From: an uncultured Clostridia bacterium
GTDB lineage: Bacteria; Bacillota; Clostridia; Christensenellales; Borkfalkiaceae
Assembly (NCBI GenBank): GCA_947624215.1
Contig: CANQJJ010000006.1
Span: forward strand, 3,754 to 67,753
Direction: 5' to 3'
DNA length: 64,000 bases
Part shown: in pieces, positions 1 through 7,000 of the stretch
Layout: each line of letters begins with the position of its first letter
How positions within the stretch are numbered: the stretch's first letter is position 1
The notes under the pieces: generated by a model
Databases searched by the model: none
What the model was told of the DNA's origin: nothing
What the model saw: only the letters and a program-made list of their open reading frames with translations
Made by a program: the position numbers and the translations under genes

Positions 1-145
1 TATGAGGGTCGGACTTCGTTTGAGGGGATACACTCAGCCCCTTATGGGGCTTCGGTATGACAACGTTAGCCCTCACCATCAGTATGAAGATGACGCGCTT
101 ACCCAAGGTCATATCGCGGACATGGTACCCTCGGATGAGGCCCCT

Positions 146-595
146 CTAACGGGTGAGGTGGACGATCTCGCTGCCCGGGAATACCTCGGCAAAGAGTGCC
201 GCAACGAGCCTTCTGTGGCAATGCTCGGGCGTGGGCTCCGAACAGAGCAGGCAGACGGGCGAGGCGCAGTCTTTGTATGCCGCCAAAATGTGTTCCCTTG
301 CACTACGCGCCTTCATGATCTCCGCGAACTCCGCTTCATATCCCTCCCACGGGGTCTCGCCCTTGCGGTAGCGCTTCAAGAGGTCCTCCGTGGGAGCGAG
401 CGACACGTCGTGGCAATAGCCGATGCCCGCGATCGCATGCAGGAAATATTTCAGGTCCTCCCCCTTGGAGAAGGCGGCGAGCTGGGATGAGTTGTTCAGC
501 CGCACGTCGATGAGCGTCTTCACGCCGCTACTGATGAGCAGCCCGAAGAATTCCTCCGCGCTCTTCTGTGTATACCCGATCGTATAAATTTTCAT
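146..595 (-). CDS. DUF488 family protein (150 aa)
   Basis: ORF 146..790(-) trimmed to the ATG at 595 (MKIYTIGYTQKSAEEFF...). It has the N-terminal 'IYTIGY..s.eeF' and C-terminal 'LLCsE..PEHCHR' motifs typical of DUF488. The start lies 1 nt after the stop of the upstream paralog, suggesting translational coupling. Confidence 0.8.
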   Translation of the reverse strand: MKIYTIGYTQKSAEEFFGLLISSGVKTLIDVRLNNSSQLAAFSKGEDLKYFLHAIAGIGYCHDVSLAPTEDLLKRYRKGETPWEGYEAEFAEIMKARSAREHILAAYKDCASPVCLLCSEPTPEHCHRRLVAALFAEVFPGSEIVHLTR

Positions 596-596
596 C

Positions 597-1196
597 TCAT
601 TCCTCCTCGATGCGATAGCCGATCTCGGCATTTCTCCTTCTGTATGCCTCCGCGAGAAGTTCCTCCTCCGTGCGTGTTTCAAAGAGCGAGAGCTGGTCGC
701 GGCGGGGGAAGTAGTGCTCCAAAAGTCTCCCCTCGATGTCCTCCTGCGTTTCCGTGCGTTCCCGCTCGAGATGCACGACGGCATAGCCATGCTCTTTGAG
801 CCGCCGCCCGACGAGGATGCACCTGTGGCAGTTGTAGGGATCTTTCTCCGCGCACATCAGGGCGAAGGTATACCCGCGCGCCATGCCCGCATCGATCTTT
901 TCCATCCCCTCAGAAAACGCCTCCGTCGCGGCAAATTTCTCAAAATCGAGGTACCCGTTCGGATACAGGGACGCGTCGTCCTGCCGTGCGCCGAATTCGC
1001 GGATGTAGTTGCGGTATAAGATGCCGTGCTCCTTCAATTGTTCCTTCAGGTTTTCCGCATTGTAGTCGGTATAATACGACGAACGGGGCACGCTCCTGAC
1101 GTCGATCACGCATCCGATCCCGCGCTCTTTGAGCACGCGCAGGAATTCTTCGAGCGAAAAAGAAGTATACCCGACTGTATAAATGATATTTTTCAT
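597..1196 (-). CDS. DUF488 family protein (199 aa, paralog with C-terminal extension)
   Basis: MKNIIYTVGYTSFSLEEFLRVLKERGIGCVIDVRS ... LMCAEKDPYNCHRCIL carries the same DUF488 motif set as the downstream gene. It sits 10 nt downstream of the preceding gene. Confidence 0.8.
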   Translation of the reverse strand: MKNIIYTVGYTSFSLEEFLRVLKERGIGCVIDVRSVPRSSYYTDYNAENLKEQLKEHGILYRNYIREFGARQDDASLYPNGYLDFEKFAATEAFSEGMEKIDAGMARGYTFALMCAEKDPYNCHRCILVGRRLKEHGYAVVHLERERTETQEDIEGRLLEHYFPRRDQLSLFETRTEEELLAEAYRRRNAEIGYRIEEE

Positions 1197-1206
1197 GTCT
1201 TTTTAT

Positions 1207-2646
1207 TCATACCTCCACCGTGATCCCGAGCCTGCGCAGTCTTGCAACGACTGCCCGCACCGAGCGCTTATGCTTCCGCGCGATCTCATAAAGGGGGCGC
1301 CCCGAGGCGAACTCTGCCCGCAGGTTCTCGTCCTCCTCCCTTTCCCAAGCGCTCCAGCTCCTGCCGCGCTTTTCTTCAAGCACATTCAAAGGGAGAGGAT
1401 GCTCGATCACTTCGACGCACTGCCCGATGTTGTCGATGAAAAATTGCTGCGCCGCTTTTCCGTAGAGCAGGACGGTATACGGGATCCCGTCCACGGTCCG
1501 CCGCTCGTCCGCGGCGATCGCATATTCCCTCCCGCGCGCCGTGGGCATCTTACGGTTGTTCTCCCCCTCGGAGACCAGCCCCGCTTCGAGGAAGAACAGT
1601 CCGACCGCGTGGGCGGTGAGCGCCTTGCCGTATGGCTCCCGCACGGCATTCACCCTGTCTTTGAGCACGCTCGCCGTGACCGCGTCGTCCGACGTCCCGA
1701 TCTCAACGATCCGCCCGCGCAGGAGGTAGGTGCACTTCTTATCTATCTGCTCTATCTGCTCTATCTGCCTCCGCGCTGCGTTAGCCCCCTTCCCCCCAAG
1801 CAGGCTTGCACAATAACTAAACCACGCCGCGTAGGAGGGAGAGAGAAGTTTTTGGGGCTCCAAGGGCCTGTCCGTATCGGGATCACGCCCCGCCGCCAAT
1901 GCCCCGAGAAAGTTCCTCGCGCGGGAAATGTCTTCGGCCGCGGGAAGGTCGCGCGAATAGAGAAAGGACGTTGGTTTTTGCGCCCCTGCGCGGAGCTCAT
2001 CCGCATGCCGTGCCTCGGCCTCGGAGAGCGGAAAGATCTTGGCGACGAATTTATAATAATTGCCGTTGTAGTATGGGATGGCGGGCAGACTTACCGCAAG
2101 GAGGGCGTGGTCGACGGTCTGCCCCGCAAATTCATCTTTGCGATAGACGGGGTCGGTGACGGAGAGGCCGGCGTAGCTCTTGCCCGCATAGAGAAAGCCG
2201 CAGCGGTAGTGCATCTTTCCGTCGTCGCCGAGATAGTAGTCAAACTGCAACGCGTCGACTTTGTAGAGGCCGAAGGAATGGTCCATGCCGCCGATCTCCC
2301 CTTGCTCCAGATAGGAGAGGTCGCCGCCGAGGATGGACGGGGCCGCGCTGAGATAGACGGGGCTGAGGAGCTCATAGAAGGAGAGACGGCCGCGGCGCAC
2401 GGGTTTTTGGCTGAGATCGAGCAGAAAATTCTCCGTCTGACAGCCGCACTTGGCCTCCCCGCGCACTTCCACCTCGAGGATGTCGAGGTCGTCGAAGGAC
2501 TCGAAAAAGTATTTCGGGATCTCGTTCCCCGCCGCATCCGTGCTTGAAACAAAGCGTATCCAACGCTTGGTCTCGAGATCGGCGCCTGCAATGCAGTAGC
2601 CCCCGTATTTATAGGAGCGCGTGAGCAGAGCAAATTTCTTTTTCAT
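1207..2646 (-). CDS. Hypothetical protein (479 aa): OB-like N-terminal region, unknown middle region, C-terminal helix-turn-helix
   Basis: Long ORF. The N-terminus MKKKFALLTRSYKYGGYCIAGADL...WIRFVS resembles, from memory, the 'dual OB-fold' family that starts with a YKxGGxCIAG motif. The C-terminus WSAWEREEDENLRAEFASGRPLYEIARKHKRSVRAVVARLRRLGI is a Myb/sigma-region-4-like HTH. A consensus promoter lies upstream. Confidence 0.7.
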   Translation of the reverse strand: MKKKFALLTRSYKYGGYCIAGADLETKRWIRFVSSTDAAGNEIPKYFFESFDDLDILEVEVRGEAKCGCQTENFLLDLSQKPVRRGRLSFYELLSPVYLSAAPSILGGDLSYLEQGEIGGMDHSFGLYKVDALQFDYYLGDDGKMHYRCGFLYAGKSYAGLSVTDPVYRKDEFAGQTVDHALLAVSLPAIPYYNGNYYKFVAKIFPLSEAEARHADELRAGAQKPTSFLYSRDLPAAEDISRARNFLGALAAGRDPDTDRPLEPQKLLSPSYAAWFSYCASLLGGKGANAARRQIEQIEQIDKKCTYLLRGRIVEIGTSDDAVTASVLKDRVNAVREPYGKALTAHAVGLFFLEAGLVSEGENNRKMPTARGREYAIAADERRTVDGIPYTVLLYGKAAQQFFIDNIGQCVEVIEHPLPLNVLEEKRGRSWSAWEREEDENLRAEFASGRPLYEIARKHKRSVRAVVARLRRLGITVEV

Positions 2647-2748
2647 CGAGTTCCCCTCCCGTGAAAGGTCTTGTCCTGAAAGAAAGTCTTACGTCGCGAT
2701 CGTATGGATAGGACTTTCCCGCGTTTTTCTTCATGATGATACCGTATC

Positions 2749-2777
2749 ATTATACCACATCCCGCCCCCTCTGTCAA
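2749..2777 (-). promoter_or_regulatory. SigmaA-type promoter, TTGACA-17 nt-TGgTATAAT (minus strand)
   Basis: Plus strand shows attata at 2749-2754 and tgtcaa at 2772-2777 with a 17-nt spacer. The reverse complement is a perfect -35/-10 with an extended -10 TG. It lies about 100 nt upstream of the ATG at 2646. Confidence 0.7.
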
Positions 2778-2785
2778 TGCCGCAA

Positions 2786-2921
2786 GGCTCTTTGAAGTTT
2801 AAGGCTCTTTGAAGTTTAAGGCTCTTTGAAGTTTAAGGCTCTTTGAAGTTTAAGACTCTTTGAAGTTTAAGACTCTTTGAAGTTTAAGGCTCTTTGAAGT
2901 TTAGGGCTCTTTGAAGTGTAA
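2786..2921. repeat. Eight head-to-tail copies of a 17-bp unit GGCTCTTTGAAGTTTAA
   Basis: Counted directly: units start at 2786, 2803, 2820, 2837, 2854, 2871, 2888 and 2905. Copies 5-6 have G->A at position 2, and copies 7-8 have single substitutions near the 3' end. Stops occur in all frames. There are no spacers between units. Confidence 0.95.
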
Positions 2922-3128
2922 GGCGCGGTTTCCTGTTTATGGGTTCGCCCGATCTCCCGCCGCACATTTGCCCGAGCGCATTCTCATGACAAATTATCCC
3001 CATACCATGCCCGAAAGTAACGCTAAGATGCGGACATGGGTGCCTCGGAATTCGTATATTGGCCAAATCGGGACAATTTTGCGGGCTTGCTTGCACCACT
3101 TTACATACCACCATGTCCGAGGGATAGC

Positions 3129-3162
3129 AAAACGGACGGCGCTCCTGCCCCGTCCGTTTTTT
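3129..3162 (-). terminator. Intrinsic terminator hairpin immediately after the stop of the 3161..4051 gene (bidirectional in shape)
   Basis: Stem acggacgg (3132-3139) pairs with ccgtccgt (3150-3157). It is flanked by an A-run (3129-3132) and a T-run (3157-3162). Confidence 0.65.
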
Positions 3163-4051
3163 ATTGTCCTTCGAGGAGGCGCATGGCTTGGCTGAAAATC
3201 TCATACCATGCCGCCGTGTGGATGATCTTTTGCTTCACACAGTTGGCCTCCATGAGTTCCCGCTTCGTCTTTTGGCTCAGCTCCTCCCAATTCTCCTTGG
3301 GAATGATGTATGTCGCATTGCCGTAGACGGCGCATTCCAGAACACAGTAATTCTTGAACACATAGGCATAATACCCGTTGAATCCGTTGACGCCCTCCAC
3401 GATCCGCTCCGCCGTGTATTGCTCCACGAAGGCGAGGCGGTCCGCATCGAATGTGTCGGGATTTTTGCCCTGCGAGCGGAGTTGCTCTTTGAGATGTTCA
3501 CTCGGGCGTGCGCCGGGCGGAAGCATCTTCCAATGGCATCTCTGGCGGACATGCCCCACCCCTTCGAGGTCTCCGTTGAAAATGTAGCAGTAGCCGTAAA
3601 TCTCCAAAAAGAGGTTGACTGCCTCATGGAGGTGCTTATTTCTGACCTCCGCCGTCAGAACGGCCATCACATACAAACTCCCCTGCGGATCGGCCGCCAA
3701 GACCAACTCGATCTCCGCGGGCGGGACTTCTACCTTCGGATAACAGGTGCGGTAGACGTCTATCGCGGCGGGATAGGCCTCCTCGTTCCCGTAGGGGCGG
3801 GTCCAAACGGTGGAGACGTAGCGGTATTCCTTCTCCTGCGTCTTGTCGGCATAGGAGGCGCCGTAGGCATTTCTCGTGCAGGCGGGGCCGAACGCGGCGG
3901 ATGGGAGCACGGCGTCGCCGCATTCTTTGAGCCCGACGCGGAGGTGCTCGCCGGCCGTGACGGGGACGCCGATGTTGACCGTTCCGGCGTCATACCCCTT
4001 CGGCAATCTGAGGGCCCCGATCCGCGTCTTTCTGATACAAAAACTCCCCAT
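3161..4051 (-). CDS. Hypothetical cytoplasmic protein (296 aa), no recognisable domain
   Basis: ORF 3161..4069(-). The ATG at 4051 (MGSFCIRK...) has GAGG 7 nt upstream, and a GTG at 4069 is the alternative start. No signal peptide or TM segment. It is the last gene before the terminator. Confidence 0.6.
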   Translation of the reverse strand: MGSFCIRKTRIGALRLPKGYDAGTVNIGVPVTAGEHLRVGLKECGDAVLPSAAFGPACTRNAYGASYADKTQEKEYRYVSTVWTRPYGNEEAYPAAIDVYRTCYPKVEVPPAEIELVLAADPQGSLYVMAVLTAEVRNKHLHEAVNLFLEIYGYCYIFNGDLEGVGHVRQRCHWKMLPPGARPSEHLKEQLRSQGKNPDTFDADRLAFVEQYTAERIVEGVNGFNGYYAYVFKNYCVLECAVYGNATYIIPKENWEELSQKTKRELMEANCVKQKIIHTAAWYEIFSQAMRLLEGQ

Positions 4052-4083
4052 CGCTGGACCTCGGGACACGGAATGGCGGATGA

Positions 4084-7000
4084 TCAGTCCGCCTGCTCCG
4101 TCTCCTCTCCGTCACCGCTCTCGCTCTGAGAAGGGGCGGCAGACTCGATCACCGTCGCGACATTGGTCTCGGAGTCGATGGTGACGGTGAAGACGCGGCT
4201 CCCCGCCGTGAGGGTATAGGCGCCCGTCGCGGCGTCGTATTGGCAATCCTTCTCCTCAAAGAGATAGGTCCCGCTGCCGTTGTAGTAGAGCACAATGCCT
4301 TTATCGTCGTATTCCACATAGCCCTGCCCGTCTTGGGTATAGGCGACCTTCAATTCGCGCAACGTGACGGTCACGGAGACAAACGGCTCGAGCTCACCCA
4401 CCGTATCATCGGCGTCCTCGGGCGTTCTCTGCGCAAAGACGATGCTATAAAGTTTGGTCGTGAGGATCTTGTCCGTCTCCTCCTCCCTCGTCCTCTCGAA
4501 GTAGTAGACCGTTCCGTTGTAGATGTAAACTTCATCGTAGGCGATCTCCTGCCCGTCCTTGCTCAGGGCAAACGTCCAATAGCCGCCGGCGGAGAGGTTG
4601 ATTCGCTCCGTGGAGAGCACGCGCTCTGCCGTGACGGTGTAGCCGTCCGCTTCTAACGTTTCCGTGCGGGTGAAGGCATCGACCCTGTATCCAAACAAGC
4701 CGAGATAGGAGTAAAACGTGTTATCGGGAGAGAAGTGGAGGTTGTAGGTGAAGCCGTCGCTGCCCGTGCAACTGACCGAATATACCCCGCCCTCGGTCGT
4801 GTAGCCGACATTCTCGAAGGAGATCAGTTCGCCCTTGCTATCGACAAAGCCCGAATCGAGACCGAATACGCCCGTTGCCTGCGGCGTGCCCGCGGTGCCC
4901 GTATCGTCGAACTCGGTGACGAGCGTGATGACGCCGAAGGTGTTGGGGATGACATAACCCTGCATCAAGTAGTTGAGGAGGTAGTAGAGGTAGGTGTAGG
5001 AATAGAACGTGCGCTCGGTGCGCATCGCGGTGACTTCGTATTCGCTGGCCTCGTCCTCATAGTCCCCGCGGAAGGTGACGTCGATCTCGAACACGAAGTT
5101 CTGGATCCCGACGTACATCTGATAGGTCCCGTCTTCGAGCAAGACGCGGGAGACGGTGCAATCGACCTTCTGTTCCCCGAGCCAAATGGAGGCGTCGCTG
5201 TCTGTGAATTCCGCACTGCCCGTGGGCGAGAATTCGAGCTGCCCGAGCGAGAGCATTTGATTATCCGTCGTGGGAACGGGATACTTCGCCTTGCTCTCCT
5301 CCTTGCGCGTGAAGAGCAGTTTCATGCTCGAACTGCGATAATACTTCTTCCCCTCGATCTCCTTTTCGTCGGTGAAGCGGCCGAAGAAGTCCTTCTCCAC
5401 GAATCCGTATTTGTTGGCGGCGGGGTCGTCATCATCCCTGAGATAGAGGAGCACATCGCCGTCCTCGTCCACGTTGTAGTAGTAGCGCGTCTCGCCGTCC
5501 ATTATCATGAAGCCGTAGCTCGTGAAGAGCAGCGCGGCGAAATCCTCGGTATAATACGCCCTCTCCGTGAATTTGATAGGATTTGCGGTGCGCTTCTGCC
5601 TGTCGTAGAGATAGATGCAGGCGTCGGAACCCGCGCTGTTGACGTAGTAGAGCATGGTATCGGTGACGAGGGTATAGTTCCCCGTCTCGATGGTCCCGTC
5701 TTCGTTGTATTTCGTCGCATTGCCGCGGTTGTCGAGCACGAGGACAGACCAGTCCTCCTCGTTGACATAGCTCATGACGATCTCGTCGTACAGGGCATAG
5801 AATGCGTTGTATTCGGTGGAGGAGATCGTGATGGTGCCCACCCAACCGACGAGGCTGTGGGGCTGTCCGTCGAGGGTATAGGTCAGGCGGTAGTTGCCGT
5901 CTTCCAGCTTTTCATAGGTGCCGTTCTCGAAGAGGGTCACATCTTCGCTGCTGCTCATGCCGCTGAGATGGCCGTATCCGTCGAAGTGGAAGGCAAGCTC
6001 GCCGATGCTCCTGTTGTTGACATAGAAGTAGGAGCCGTATACCTCGTCGCGGACGGTGAAGGAGTTCCCGCTCTTGAGGTCGAAGTAGTAGAGCCTGTTG
6101 TCCGAGGCGATCATCTGTATGACATTTTCCCCGCTGACGGCATAGATGCCGCTGAGGGCCGTGCCGGCGGCGTCGGTGTAGCTTGCGAGGAAACTGAACC
6201 CGTCGAGGATCAAGGTGCCCGCGTCGGAGGTGTAGGTCCCGTTTGTCTCCTCGTTGAACTTTGCAAAGTATGCGGTGCTGCCGTCGGCGCTGACGATGGC
6301 GAAGCGGAAAGACGTCCCGTCCGTGGCCGTGAACTGATAGACGGTGAGGCCGAATTCGGTGGGCTTTCCGGTATCGGTATAGGTGCCCTCGTGTTCCACC
6401 GTCGTGCTTCCCTCGTCGCCCGTCGTCGTGACCGCATACACGGCCCCGCCTTTGCCGTTGAAGGTGAGCCTCTCATTGGAGGAGACGTTCCCGTTGGCGA
6501 GCAAGACGTTGAGGCTTCCGACAAACCCCGTAAGCAGGGTGAACGTGGGCGTCGTCTCATCGTCGTGCAGTTCGAAGTAGTATGCCTCCTGCGCGACGGC
6601 GTTGTAGAGCGAGGTGATGCCGTTGGAAGTCGTTAAGACGCCCGTGATCGGCTCACCGTCCGCAGGCGTGTAGACCCCGAAGCCGCGGACCGTGACCAAG
6701 GTGGACCCGTCCGCAGCCGTGTAGCGCACATCGTATTTGTCTGTGCCCGCCTCGGTGGTCATCGAATACCAATAGACGACGGAATAGGCGCTGCCCGACG
6801 AGGAGATCACGAGGTCGGTGGAGAAGACGAACGCCTTGACGGAGGCGACGTCGAAGGGTTGCGAGACGAGCACGGCGTCTTCATTGACGTCCGTCACCGT
6901 AAAGACGTAGAGCCCCTCTTCCGTCCCCTCGGTCACATTGCCGTAGAGCACAGGGACGTAACCCGTGGCGGAATACCCGTAGACGGTGGCCTTGCCCTCC

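Noticed and set aside
2-490. 162-aa plus-strand ORF at the left edge
   Set aside because: It overlaps the DUF488 gene, which has clear family motifs. The plus-strand translation has no features.
1741-1770. Three tandem copies of a 9-bp unit (ctatctgct) inside the 1207..2646 gene
   Set aside because: It is in frame (QIEQIEQID) and has only three copies, so at most it causes length polymorphism. Not a phase-variation switch.
2786-2921. Tandem repeat considered as a CRISPR array
   Set aside because: The units are contiguous with no spacers, the unit is only 17 bp, and there are no cas genes in the window.
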